A stretch of 51,809 bases of DNA, the filler included, from Sphacelaria rigidula (taxonomy: Eukaryota): NCBI GenBank assembly GCA_964200075.2. It is 3 parts of 3 records of this genome, joined end to end, with 100 filler letters (N's around TTAATTAATTAA, not from the genome) between each part and the next. Parts side by side here need not be neighbours in the genome. Positions count along the whole stretch, not along the records: positions 17,306 to 34,508 come from CAXNAA020001145.1; positions 34,609 to 51,809 come from CAXNAA020001146.1; 1 more part is not named here. The stretch is one strand, 5' to 3'. Below, one piece after another: positions 22,222-35,831 of this stretch; position 1 is the first letter of the stretch; each line of letters starts with the position of its first letter. A program made the position numbers and the translations under genes. A model generated the notes under the pieces. That model searched no databases. It saw nothing but the letters and a program-made list of their open reading frames with translations, and was not told the origin of the DNA.

Positions 22222-24561
22222 GGCTCCCATTAGAGTTGGTGTCCGGAACTTTTGGGACTGGCCAGGTAACTGATGACTCTCGAACGCTCGCGAGCGCCAA
22301 AGCGTACACACACGGCAGCTCTCCGAAGTGCTGCGTTTGCAATCCAAAATTTCCGTCGCTTCGTTTTCGGAGAAGTCTGAAAGCAGCGTCCGAAAAATCG
22401 AGAATATTCTCAGATGTCCGACAAAATAGCGTCGATAATAATGGACTGAAGACGGAGCCGTAGGTGAACGCATGTCCTTTGCTTCATGTACGGTATTCTG
22501 TTCAACGACTATACTTGAAGGTGACGGACTGTTATTCACTAGTTCGCAGGGGGTCCATCTACTTTTCATTAGTGTGATCGGACGGTGGTGTCTGGCGCTC
22601 AAGCGCATATAGTAGGTAATCGAGTTCTGATGTTGATGTAATCGTTACATGAAAAACCGTTCCGACATCTGATGCGGACGCCTTCCGTGGTCATAGGCTA
22701 ACTACCCCAGGAAAGGGTGATTCAAAATTAAAAAAATAAAGTCGGACCCGGAAAAATTCACACAGACGTGGTACAAGAAAAAAGCAAACAAATGAAAGTA
22801 ATGATAATATCAGCATGGAAAAAGAAAAGGGGGGGGAAAAACTGCCAATCGCCTTAGTTCCACTGTTTCATGTGACCATTCGGGCTACTGTAGGCAGGAC
22901 GCATTGATCTACTCAACTGCGCAACAACCATATGCACGCACCCGAGGTAAGATAACACACCTTCCGCGTCTTTCTGTCGTTTGCCCACGTATTTCGGGCG
23001 CTCGTCTACTTTATTGTTAGCACGTGGAAGAGCTCAGGAGGGTCGCGATGTTCTCCGGGGAACCGCACGAGGTCGGAGTGATGAACTTGATGCTGGAGTA
23101 CGTCAAAAGTGATGACGACAAGACCGTTCACGTGAGTATGCACACTTGATACGGTTATGGACAAAGACAAGGACACGGTCAGGCTCGCGTCTGCGTCTGC
23201 GGGGTGTAGTGTTGTAGCCGTGGTAGCATGTGAGGGTATTTCAGTCGCAGCAGTTGAGTGCAGTGGATGCCTCTTCATCAAGAGTTTTCTTCTCGGCGTG
23301 TACTTGTATATTTTGGTCATGGGTGCAACCGCTCCACCTCGTCCGGACGAATGCTACCGTAGCCTCGAGGGACCGAGACGCCGTCTCTCCTCCGGTACAT
23401 GCCTGACTTGCCTGGCCTTTTGCCAGCACTCCCCCACCATGTCCACTCTTGTCGAACGTTCTGCCCTTGAGGTCCTTCGAGTTATCATATCACCGAGGGG
23501 CCGTGGTGTGTGCTCATGCTGTACATGTACAGGCCACCTCCTCCTCCGACAGCTCGAGGACAGAGTACGTATCGGTGGTGGTGAAGATGCATACATACCG
23601 CTCCGAACTTGTTGTCACCCCCTAAACACCGTGTCTGACCGATGACCGATGGCTGTACTCATCTCGAGCCTACCAACATGTTTACTTCTCTTCGGGGAAA
23701 CATCAGGGAGACGTGGAGGTCCGCGAGGGCTCCATCATGAAGACGTGGAAGAGGAAGCAGCTTTCCATGGCTCGCGGTCTCATGACAGTCAGCTCTCCTC
23801 ACGGCGAGATCCAAAAGCAGAAGGTATAGCGTAGGATGGCACTTGGATGCGGTACAGCTAGAATGGGGGATGGTTGTTCTAGTGTGTGGCGGCATGCGAC
23901 CTGTACCGTAATTCAAGGCGCTTGCTTGGTTGCGAAATATGTAGCTCTTTGATTTCTAGAGGAATGCTGTTGTTGTGCTCTCACGGTATTATTTTTTCGC
24001 CCTGTAGGTGAGCTTCCTCTTCCGTCCACCAGTTGGTTCTAAATTCCGCACGGTATGTTGATGTGTTACCATTTCTTGATGTCAATCGGTCACAGTTCGG
24101 TGCTCCTTTGGTCGTTGTTCCTTCATCAAACTACTAATAACAAATATTTCGGTGATTTCTACTGTCCGTACGAGATGGACTATGATTGTGCTTTTTCATA
24201 GGAGTTTCTCGTCTCCCTTCGGGGTATTACTATCCACAATTTTCGGCATCTTTCGATAAATTAGAGTACTTTCCCGAAACGTCCCTTGCAAAATCGCTGA
24301 GAGGAACGTACGGTGTTGGATTCTCAGAGAAATGGGCAGTCAGATTTAGATTGATCTATTTGCCTGACCTGTTTGACAACTCTACCCTCACATTTTTTCG
24401 GAGATAGTTTTCTTTACTCTCTAACAAGTTCGGAGACGTGGGAGAAGACAGAGCAGGTCACTAATTAAGACTCCTCTATGTAAGTACTCGTCATTTCATG
24501 AAAATAAAATCTCGTTTTGTGTGTGCATGTGCGTTCATGCTTTGATATTTCGCTGACGGTA

Positions 24562-25086
24562 GTGGGCGGTCTAACTATTCATTTTGTGGCATTTTGTGAT
24601 TTTTTCGTAGTTGACGGTTTTCTTGGACTCTTTTCGCTTGCCACCGCTGATCACATTGGTGATCCAAAGATATTTGTATCCGCTTCATATTCCCCCCAAA
24701 AAAACATCCGTACTCAATATTTAATGACTTACGGACTGACCGGTCATCGGCGGTCCTGCCACGTTTTAGCCCAGATTCTTACTCTTCGGTATTTTCGGTC
24801 GATCAAGCCTGCCTCGATCATATTTGTGAAGACATGTACAGTTTTTTTTCAAGTTCTACCCACTCATTGCGCTAGAGTCCAAGAACTGTGTTTCACGGTC
24901 AATAACACCCTCCTGATGAAACGGGGTATATATTCGTATTGCCCAATAACACCAATCAACACTGAGTTGGGTAATGTGTCTCGAGGATGTTTTTTTAGTT
25001 GTTCCAAAAATCTACCGACGCCAGCAACTTCGAGCTCTATCGCGAGGAAACTTCCCGAGACATCCCTGAATAGTTAGACCGCCCAG
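24562..25086. mobile_element. Tc1/mariner-like MITE (TIRs of about 18 bp, flanked by TA)
   Basis: TA-gtgggcggtctaactatt ... aatagttagaccgcccag-TA. A second copy lies at 35832-36366 in the opposite orientation. Confidence 0.8.
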
Positions 25087-25305
25087 TACTGAGGATATAA
25101 TGTACTCTGGACGTGATCCTTTCAGTGCTCTCCCGCTGTAGAGAGTCGTGCGTTGTGTTGTACTTGAGCCGTCATCGTCTAGTGTTTCCCCTCTATTTTC
25201 CCCCGGCAATTGTTTTTCGCCTTCTTTTAAGAAGTACCGCAGTAGTACCGACCGTAGGGCGATGGACCAACGATTGGACGACATATACCCCACGGCGAAT
25301 CGTGA

Positions 25306-28300
25306 ATGGCCGTCCCCTGTGAAATGTTGGAGTGTTGTTTTACCCATGAGGTGGACACTAATGATAGCTGAGCCTTTGGTGTCAGGCGAGAGGGTGTACT
25401 GTACCGCGGAATGCTTTGATGTTGTGTGCTGGTGCATTTTAGTACTTTGTGGGGTCTCATGACGATTCTTCCGGGCAGCGGGGGGGAAAGCGGATACAAA
25501 GCCTTGTTACGGTATTTCAACAGGGTGTGTCTTGGGTCATGGGTCATGTGCCATGTGCCATGTGTGTGTGCAGACGATATCCCTGGATGGCATGGTGTTA
25601 GAGCGAGGGTGCAAGAGCGGCGACGATACGTGCTTCACCGTGCTGTCCCCCATGAAGAAGGTTCGTGCTTTGTCACTACTCGTACATGAACACAAAACCT
25701 CTTGTGTGGCATAGCTGAGTCTTCGAATGCCGAAGTTCCTTGCGAGATTGACAGTATTCGGTAATCGAAGTCGCTTTGAACTGGCTGAAATTCAATCTGC
25801 TGTGAAAACATGCCGTATGTGTGTCAGTCAAGGGATCACCTTTTCACCACATCAAGCTTTTGAACACGCTTGTATGACTGGCTGCCATGCCCTCGGTATG
25901 TTGCTGCACCATTATCTACACAAGATACTGTGCAAAAGTGGCATGGCCCGTGTGCTGGAGTCCGTGTCGTCTTCTGCGTATTGCTTCCGCTCCACCTTGG
26001 ACAAGTGTACGTGAGCGATTCCGATGGCCTGGCATGCTTACACCACACGTATGTATGGTACTACTACTGTATGCAGGGACGCAAGAGCGTGGTGGTCCTC
26101 GAGGTGAGGGCACCGGACGCTCGAGCAGCGGACAACTGGTTGGTGCATGCCACGGTCCAACAACGATTGGCTTTCTACAGCCATCGCTTTGCGCCGTTCG
26201 CAGACGTGATCTTGCCGGGCGCCCCAGATTTGGCCTGTGATCCTGACCCTGTCCACATCGGTGGGGTCGATCTCGACGTGGTCGACTCTCCGGCCAGCGT
26301 CAACTGCATGATTGACCTGACCCCGCAGGAGGTATGGAGATGATACTGGGACACACCCAATCATGCATCACATGCACTCGAAGGTGTACGTTCACGAAGA
26401 TAAAGATACAGTAGATACGTGGGTGGGTCAGTGCATGGTTGAGTATTCGTTGGACTTGAGCGTTTTCCCGCTTTCCTTGCGCGCGCTCTTTCTGTATGTT
26501 GTATGTTGTATGTGTATGCACGCATGTACGTTCTATTTCTTGATGTCGATTGAATGCAAACATGTATGGGTGCCGTATTGGTTTATTCTTCTCGATGTTA
26601 CTCTTGTGTGCGGGGTTGTGTGTGTTGTTATTTCCCGTGCGAAGGAGTGTGGACCGAACACTGATCTATGACGGGACAGTGTTGAGTTTCTTTGCCCCCG
26701 CTTCTCCTTGTGAAAAAGACTTACTCGTTCGTTTTCAGAGCGTTGGGTTTAGGGTTAGGGTTAGGGTTAGTGTACCGTAACCTTTGCTTTTACCCTAACC
26801 AACCTTCACCCAGTGTTTCGCTTGATATTGACAACTCTTGAGCAAGCTTGGGGTGCGAAATGACCGGGGGTCCGATCGACACTGACTGGACAAGAACACA
26901 CGGTTGTACGGAATAAATGGAGAACAAGTTGTTCACTCTTCACAAAACAGAGACATCTTTCTACCGGTGACGAGTACAAAGTGTCCGGTTCCTGCCCTTT
27001 GAGACTCATGGAACAAGATATAACGGGAAACGGTGGGGCAGACTAGTGAAATCATTGAAATAATAGAAGCAAGCAAGTCGCTTCGAGGGTCGTTTTTTTA
27101 ACTGGAAATGATGGTACAGAATCCGCCTCTTACAACAATGCTGTACATGAGCCCCGATCGGTCTGCATGCCCACGCACGCACACTCCTTCCCCCCCTTCC
27201 TTCCCGCCGACGCTGACTCCGTCTCGAAAGGGATGCGTGGTCAATGATCGAACGACTAAGGCAAGTACCAAATGAGCCCCCTTCGACGATCAGCACTCGT
27301 CTCTCTCATTCCTCCACAATCAACCACAAACAAATGCATACTTGACAGATGGAAGAGCTGGGTATCTCGGACCTCGACGCCGTTTTGGTGGATGTCCACC
27401 ACTCGGACTGGGTCGCGATGAATGCCGCTAGAGCCAAGATGAAGGAGATCTGTCGGGTACATCCTATCGGTGCGGTCGCACGGAGGCCGACCTTTTACGA
27501 GGTGAGAATTGTAGCTGCTGCTGGTGAAGGCATGCCAGTCATGGCCTTTTTCGTCCCTTGAATCGATACCTTTTATTCGTTGATGTACTGGGTAGTTGTC
27601 GATTCCCGTACGTACTGTTGATGGGTAGTACTATATATTCATAGACCCACCTCCCGGTAATCTCGGGGAAGCAGCCTCTCACTACTCTCACCAGCTGATA
27701 ACACGTGCCATGGTTGATCACTCTAGTATGTATAAATAGTGTGTAATATATACTAGGTATGTGGAAGCAGATGCGTGTTGATGGTGTTGGAATGTTGGTC
27801 TGTTCGTGTGTGTGCTTTGTTGCCCTCGTGCAGTGTAGTTAGTATATACCGCAGTATCGTGAGAGCAAGATGGCGTTTCAGCAATAGTCACTCGTTCAGC
27901 GTATCATACCACGTGAGACATGCGAGACAAGCAATAGACTATCGATCGACGAATTGAGTTTTTTGTGGACCCCCTGGGTTGTGTCTCGTAAAACTCAACA
28001 GGCCGGCCATGCATACCACACATCGCGTACCTCAGTTCGTGCTGGGCTGGCTTACCGTATATCTTGCCTGGCCATTGTCTTTGCCCTTGTCCAACATGTC
28101 TATATTTTCATGGGTGCAGAGCTCTGCTCCATGTAGATATCGCCGCGCTGTGGTGGTCTGGTACAAGTGAAGTGTGTCACAGTATCTAGATGTTGGAGGC
28201 CCTTGCAACCGTGAGGACGTGAGTAGTAGCAACAACAAAGCATTTGATGAGAGCCATGGCGGTGCGGAACTGCTGATCCAACACTTTAGTTCCTCGACAC

Positions 28301-29418
28301 TACGGACACGCGCTGAGAACGGGAGGGGTTGGCAGGATTGAGTAAGATACATTCGTTTGTCGTGAGTACGAGATGAAAGATGAATATAAACAAGGGCACA
28401 AGGAGAAAGGTATCCCGCACACCTACCTACCCCGGAGTCCCAAAACGTTTTATTTATTTATTTATTTATTATGCCACCGTATTTTGCCCCTGTCGATTCA
28501 TGTGTTCACTGCACGTTATCCTTCAAACACGTGCTAAGTGCCTACTTGCTCGAAACACCTATACTACTTGCTGCTGCTGATTGACTTGGCTTCATTCAAG
28601 GCCCGTGGTTGGAGACGATCCCCAACCGAAACAATCCCCTGCAATATCCTACTGTACTAACCGGGCGGAGTTAAGAAAAACAATGACGATGACAACTACA
28701 TTTCAGCTTGTGCCAACTGGTCATAACGGAACAGACTAACGATGAGCCTGCAACAGTGATCCTGTACCGAGTGCTCCCTCAAAATACTGTACATCACCAA
28801 CAAGACATTCTGGCCGACTTTTTTTCTATATTTGTTTTTCATTTTTTCATCAGTGTTTCTACATGTACGTATCAGAGGGAGTACGTGGATCGTATGCTAC
28901 TCTTCCCCCCCCAGCCCTTGTTTGCTTGGATACAAACAATGAGAGCAGCGCCGTTTTGTCCCACTCGTGTAAATCTATGTACACCCGTTGTACTGTTTAC
29001 GCTCCCGTTGTTGTGACTATACTTTGTTTAGGTTGTAAAGGAGACACTCGAGACCTTCCGCAGCAGCGGTGTCGTGAAGGCAACGGGGTCCACATGGCGC
29101 AAACCGCCGGTAGCCATTCCTTTGTCAGTGTACGGACGGCGCAGCTCTGTCGGCTCAAGGTCTCGCAAGGGCTGGCACGGCGGGGCGCGGCAGGACGAGA
29201 CGGCGACATCACCCACTCGCACTGCTCCGTCGTACAGGAACAACGGTGGTGATACCGTTGCTGCTACTTCTGTCGTTGATGCTGTTGATGACGAGGAAGA
29301 GGATGGCGATGTTGACGACGAGGAAGAGGACCAGCACTGGGATGCTGCTGCTTCTCGTGGTGTTGATGATGATGATGATATGAAACTGGACTGCGCGGTT
29401 TCTCTACCTGCTGACCAG

Positions 29419-29480
<62 letters not shown>

Positions 29481-32400
29481 AATTTCCCGACTACATTCAG
29501 TATCCGTGCGTTGTTAATTTTTTGTTGTTTTGCCCATTTCTAGTCAACCGTTTACTTCGTGCGGTAGCCCCTTTCGGGAATGTTTGTTGGTTTAATCGGC
29601 GTGATACCGTGGTTCCCCAGGTGTTGTGTGAAGAGCTAGCATACACCATCCATCCGAAATGGTCTGATGGGTTGGACAGGTTCTATTTGGTATAGTAAAT
29701 TCCGAAGAGCAACCATCCCCCACAGTGATGTAATGACTTGAGTGCAAGGTACACAATCATTAACGGCGGAACGTATGAGCGTGAACCAGATGGGGTGAAA
29801 GCGGATAGGCAGTAAAATCTTACAGGTTCAGTTGTATGTGGAAATTACTTGAACCATATGTCGGCGGTTGTAGACGGTATCTGTGTACTTACGGTACAAT
29901 ACAGCACGGTGCTGGATTTCGCGATAATGCGTGGCACGTGGTGCTGTGTAGACTATGACACTTACGGTTGCTTAGCTCAGCTTAGCGTAGCCCACTGCCC
30001 CCAGTGTCATGTCACGCTATCCCATATCATTGAGTCGGGCGCCCCGATCTCGCAACAAAACTTGACGCTTACCCAAGAAGAACACGATGGAACGTACCGT
30101 GCTGCTCGTCCTGACCTCCCAACCCCCCTCCCCTGCTATGGCACCAACTATCAGATGACCGCGCTGGAGTTGGGGCGCGCGGGACTTGGAAAGAGCAGCG
30201 TGACGGTGCGGGATAAGTCCCGCAGCATAGAGAAGACGTGCATTGTGGTGGAGGATGCTGATCTCCCCAAGCGATGCATCGGGACGTGTGAGGTAGGTGC
30301 AGAGAGCTACTTGCATTAGTGTTGATGGTAGTGTCGCTTCAAATCGTGCTGTTGATATTTGGATAGAGATGATTGGTTGGTGGTAAAACAAAAGTGGTCC
30401 GGTGTTTACAGAGACGTGATGATATGCGCAGAGGATGTCGACTGTCGCTGCTTCTTACAAGTCTCATAATGTGTTTTCAAGAGAGGTGGTCATTTCAAGA
30501 TTGCTTCCTCTCGTACGTCGTGGTGAACGGCACAAACAGGCAGTGACGATGAGGAGGAAACTGATGTTACGAGAGCCTGCAATGATCATATACTTTGTTG
30601 TTGTCATTTTTGTGAGCAGTTCACTCATGTGCCACCAACGTCGATGCTGTTTCTTCTTATCCCACATTCATGGAACACGTTTTCGTGTGCGCGTGTGCTT
30701 GTGTGTATGGTTTGGGATAACAGGGACTCCGCAAGGAACTGGGCCTCTCCGTTGACGTGGACGATGACGACCAGCTGACCGTGCTGCGTCCTAGCCTCTA
30801 CCCCAGGTGTGTGCGCACGTTTGCTGTTTTACGCTTGCGCCTGCGCGTTTCACTGTTTTGTTTTATCGCTCCGTAAAAATATTTGCGGCAACGGCGACTC
30901 CGGTCATGACCCGCACGAAACTGCGATTGACTGTGTGCTGGGACGTTTGAAGCCCGCCGTACTCACGCTCTCGCAGAGGATAGCACGGATGAAGCCATAC
31001 ATATGTATATGCCTATGTATATCTCGTGAACCCCCGGACTTCCCACGCTTCGCCTTGGTTTCTGCTTATTGCATTGGATTGTAAAGAAGACCCCAATGCG
31101 CACCCTCATCGGAGATATTCTCACCACAGTAGCATGCACACCTGCGTTTTCACGGTAGAATATGTCACGTCTCGTCGTCCAGTGAATGAGAAATGACAGG
31201 CCATGGACTGCTTTTACTCTCTCGCCACTTCACTTGTACCGTGTGCACTGTACGAATGAGCGTGCATGTCACAAGCGTGCTCCCGGTGACGGCATGGCCG
31301 GGCTGTGCTCCTCGAAGCGCTGTGTGTTGTGTTAACTACGCTGTGTGACGCCTTCCCCCATCTCTCCCCCGGGGTCTAGTCATACGCTTGCTGGTGCTGT
31401 GTTTCATGTTGTGTGGGCATTTGTTTTCCCCTCGTTGATGAGTACAAGGAAACACGCTCTTTCACGACAGTGTCTTGACATCCATCAGTTGTAATAGTCG
31501 ATATGTAGAGTTTTCTGTATGTCTAAGCAGACACAAACACTCCATATTGGTCACCTGTGTCATGCACGACATGTGACCCTCTCTGTTCGTGTCTATGATA
31601 CATTCGTTGCTCGAACGTACACTGTCGGTTGGTTTGGACAAACAGCCCGACCAAGGACAAGGTCAGCTCGAGGCCGCTTCGTCTAGACTCGCTGGCGTGT
31701 GACGACCTCCCGTTGTGTGACGGTGAGCACCTGTTCAGCAGCTCTGGCATCCAGGCGTCCTGTGCTTGGGTGACGCCTGAGGGATGTTTTAGAGGTGCTG
31801 GAGGGCATGCGCCCAGCACCCATGCACCGGTCGTCTGGGAAGTCGGCGCCAAGAAGAAGGACGCTCTAGCCGCGGAGTCCTTCAGGACCGAGGTGAGGAC
31901 AGCGTTTACCTGCAGTGGTGCTGACCTGTATGTGTGTTTGGGCTGTCCGACGGCTGTTGGAGTGGCCATGGATCGACTGGTTGCGCTTTTGTGATGTTCG
32001 GCTTTACACATGCACTTGGGTGGAGTACGGAGGCTATTTGCACGTGGTGGCCTTTTGCGAAAACTGGGAGAGAGATGGAATGGGGGTGGCAGCGGTGGTG
32101 GAGGGTGGAAGATGGAGGGGAAGAGGGGAAGAGGGATGACAAAACAAACAGCAGCCACGTGTAGACGTTTAGATTGGGACAAAGTACTGGGATGTTCCAA
32201 TTTAGGGTAAACGTAAAGACAGTTGCTGGATATATGCTCGGAATCAAGCATTGTGTTGATATATTCATTGTGTAGCCGTGTATATGTTCCCTCTACTATT
32301 ATGTGCGCTGGCGATCGTGGCCGTTTTGCTATTCCGCTCTGAGGTAAAATGTTTCTCGTGTGTCGTGTGGTATGTAATGGTTGTTGTATGAGGGGGACGA

Positions 32401-32813
32401 CGCCGGGATATATACTTCCGTCAGTCCAAGAAGAACGCTCACGTGATGACGGGAGACAACGCCACCCTTACGCAGCAATACTAAGTCAAGCCTCATCCCG
32501 CCGTCCCGTCCTTGACCCCAAAACAACCAGGTAACCGTGCACCGGGGACAGCTGGTCATCACAGACATCACGTCGGCGTCCACCGGCTGCTTTTTTTCGC
32601 GTGTGTTTGCCAGGAGACGGACGCTCCACTTTTGTCTCGCCTCGTCCACGATCGCAGTGGAAGACCCGCTTTTCGTTGTTCTCGAGAGAGGGTCGGGCCA
32701 TCCGGGATGCGCAGTTCCGGATCAAGCCCGACGGAACGGCGGTAGTCGAGACCCCTGATGGAGAGCTGCTGTGGGAAGTCGATCCCGTAAGGACGCCAAC
32801 TGAAGGAGACTGA
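25306..32813 (+). CDS. Multi-exon hypothetical protein with a central acidic low-complexity tract
   Basis: Phase-consistent GT-AG exons: 25306-25350, 25574-25660, 26077-26331, 27349-27501, 29032-29418, 30155-30292, 30724-30806, 31646-31892, 32491-32530 (tentative) and 32614-32786 (or read through to the stop at 32813). The spliced frame is open throughout. The first exon and the 3' end are tentative. Confidence 0.8.
26745..26772 (+). repeat. Interstitial telomere-like (TTAGGG)n within an intron
   Basis: gggtttagggttagggttagggttagtg, followed by an inverted ccctaacc near 26793. Confidence 0.8.
29419..29478 (+). repeat. (GT)n microsatellite at an intron 5' end
   Basis: gtat(gt)n directly after the exon ending at 29418. 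Confidence 0.95.
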
Positions 32814-34508
32814 GCGCTAGTTTTGTTTCGTTAATCTTGTCTTCGATAATGGCGTGAGGAGCGGTTGTTTTGTTTTGTTTTGTTCTGTTTGGTTTGGTTC
32901 TGTTTTGTTTTGTTTCCTGGTGGCCTTGTTGGTTTCCGTCTGTTGGGGGATGAGTGCGGCGGTTGTTCTTTTCCTTGACGGGAACTATGCGGATGACGGA
33001 TGAGTTTGTTTCTTGGACTCTACTTCCTCCTTCCCTTGTTGAAGTAGTTGTGGTCGTATGGGTGCTTTCCCTTTCTTCGTCGGGCGTTTTCTCTGTTCCT
33101 TGTTTTTCCCATGTGTCCTCGTGCCTCTCTCCTCTGTTTTGTTTCCCCGTTTTTGGTTTTGCTTGCCATCTTTTTAGACCTTTTTCAAGGAGTATTTACC
33201 CTTGCTCGTTGATTGTTGACTCTTGATTGGCTGGTGGCGATGCCGGTTTCTGTTCTTGTTCTGTTTTTTCGCGGCGGATGAATCTGGCCTTTTGTTTCTC
33301 GTCAAGTGGTGGGCGGTGGCGATCGAGAGGGTATTGTGTACAAGTACGCAGGTCAAGCACTCCCGCTTTTTGTGCATTTATTTTCGGTCCCTATCGTTCT
33401 GTCCACGGGCTAGCCGTCTCTATCCCGTCATGAGAGTACGAAAATGACACGAATATCCGGCGTGTCTCGAGGAAACGAGGCCTGTTGGTTCCGTTTTTCT
33501 GGTAGCGCGCCGTTCTACGCAGTACTTTTGCTTTTCCAGGCCTTCGGGCACGAATGTTTTGAGCTGGACGATGCGTGACTGACGGCATGTCGTTGGTTGT
33601 GATCGGTACGCTGCCTCGCAGCTTGTGCGTCGAGCGAAATCTGAGTTGGTCGAACCTCGTGTTGGAGAGGGAATCATTGTTCACTCGTCACGTTCCACTT
33701 CGCCGCATGGCCTGTGAGAGCGTTGCCAGATCAGTCACTACTGTACCCCATTTTGTTTCGTTGTAGACGATGGTGGTTGTTCGACAGAGGAGAAGGCGGG
33801 GGGTAAGGACTAGGTTTCGTTTGCAAGTGTATTTTCGTTTGTTCGTTTATTTCGGGGGAGCAGGTCACATCACACGGGAGGGGAACTGTCGACAGTAATG
33901 TCGGCAACAACGGGGTGTAGCTAGTACTAGTGGTGTATCTCGGAAGTGTATCTCCCTAATGACTGGGCTGGGTAAAAAAGTTGTAAACGGTAGAAACATG
34001 AGAAAATTAGTGAATGGGATGTATATCCCGTGCAGTACAAGCGGGAACGAATTATCCAGGGAAAACGAACGGTGTCCGGCAGGTGGAATGCTGGTTCTGA
34101 CTTTGTATTTTCCGGCAAGCTGGATCGCGTTACATGTCGGACAGCGGCACCGTGGTTGTTGGCGTTTCTCTGGCACTGTGGTGGAAGTGTTGTTCACTGA
34201 ACCGAGAATGCGGCTCGTTACCCCGAGTGCATAGCTTTGAGAGTGAGTGTCCTACTCAGCAAAATACTGTCTCCAGTCGTGAGAAACCGCGCCGTAGGTG
34301 CCCTATGGAGGGAGTACGAGTGTTCCTCGAGCAGGCTTTGAGCTCAACACCCATCGAGAAGTACCTCTCCTCTCGTTTGACGTCTGGAGATGTTGCCTTG
34401 GGGGGCGTTTTGCTTGTGTGTTGTCCTGTAGGGGAAGGGCGCAAATGGACGTGGTGGCCGTTCTTTCCCGGTGTCTGCGTATCCTCATGAAGTTTTTTTT
34501 TTTTTTCC

Positions 34509-34608
34509 NNNNNNNNNNNNNNNNNNNNNNNNNNNNNNNNNNNNNNNNNNNNTTAATTAATTAANNNNNNNNNNNNNNNNNNNNNNNNNNNNNNNNNNNN
34601 NNNNNNNN
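34509..34608. other. Artificial contig linker N44-TTAATTAATTAA-N44
   Basis: Identical to the linker at 17206-17305. Confidence 0.98.
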
Positions 34609-35092
34609 CGGACATGATCGCGCTTCGCGCAAATAATTTAATTTACTACAAAATTATCCCCATGTATGGGTGCTGTGCCAAAAAATGACGTTGGTTCAAA
34701 AAAAAAATTCCCCCCTAGTACGTCGAATAATGATCCTAACCCTAACCCAAGGTTTTGTTTCCGCTTCTGTTTCTGAGTGATTCTAGGTAGGGGTGCACAA
34801 ATATTTTCGGAGATTAGAAATTAAGTGCCCTTCACCTCATCCAAAATACGACTTTTGATATATGTGATAGTACGCCAGGATTATTATTCTAATGTGCTGG
34901 GGATAACGCAAATTAATTTGCAAACGGGGATGCCCTGACCCATATTCTTGTGCATCTAGGATCCTCAGGAGCCCCTGAAGCAGACAAGATTTTACTCCAA
35001 AAGTGCATCCCTACCGTAGCATTGCTCTTGTGTTTTTTTTTCTTTTCCCGTTGCACTTTTGTCCTCTCTTTCTTCCACTTTTGTGTTTATTG

Positions 35093-35262
35093 CACACCCT
35101 GGACAATATATGGTCAATAGTTGCAATAGACGAGAAGTGTACTGCATAAGGTATAGGTCTATTGCAACTATTGCCGACCGACAATAGTCGCAACAGGCGT
35201 ATACTTTATGCAGTATACTTCTCGTCTATTGCAACTATTGACCATATTTTGTCCAAGGTGTG
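35093..35262. mobile_element. Palindromic MITE with a perfect 8-bp TSD (hAT- or P-like)
   Basis: GTTTATTG-cacaccctggacaa...ttgtccaaggtgtg-GTTTATTG; the whole element folds back on itself. Confidence 0.9.
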
Positions 35263-35831
35263 GTTTATTGTACTTTCTCATGCCTTTTTTTGCGGAGTAC
35301 TGAGCAACTATTCGGACGGATTTTCATGTAAAGGCAACAGCAACAACAACAACAACACCGATAGCAGAAGCAGCAGCAACAGCAAAATTGCTTCTTGTAT
35401 GTTTTCCATGCGAACAGCTTTATTTCGTTCTATTATTTTCTTCTCGAGACTGGGATCCCTCACGAGTGTTTTCCTTGTTTTTCCTCATAGTTTTCGTTCT
35501 CAAGGCTGTCGTGTCTTCCGCGTCGATTATTTTCGTTTTTTTGCGAACAAATAAGTTATCCTGAGAACGAGTGTTGCTGCTGTTCACTGCTATATCCCAT
35601 GACAAATGTGCGCTACGCTGTGGGTGTGTAGTTTCTCTTCTCTAGGTTGGTATACGAACCATGTTTTAGAGATGTGGTGGGGAAAGCAAGCCAACGTAGC
35701 CCCAAAAACGATCACCTAGAAAATACAAGTTTTTTGTTTTGTTTATTCTCTTTGTTTTTTCATCTCGTGAAGAAACGAAAATGCACGAGAAAAAGATCAT
35801 GTGGGAAAATGACCGTTAAAGTATTAGAGAA

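Noticed and set aside
31523..32251. 242-aa minus-strand ORF
   Set aside because: It is the antisense shadow of the plus-strand exon 31646-31892 and adjacent low-complexity intron.
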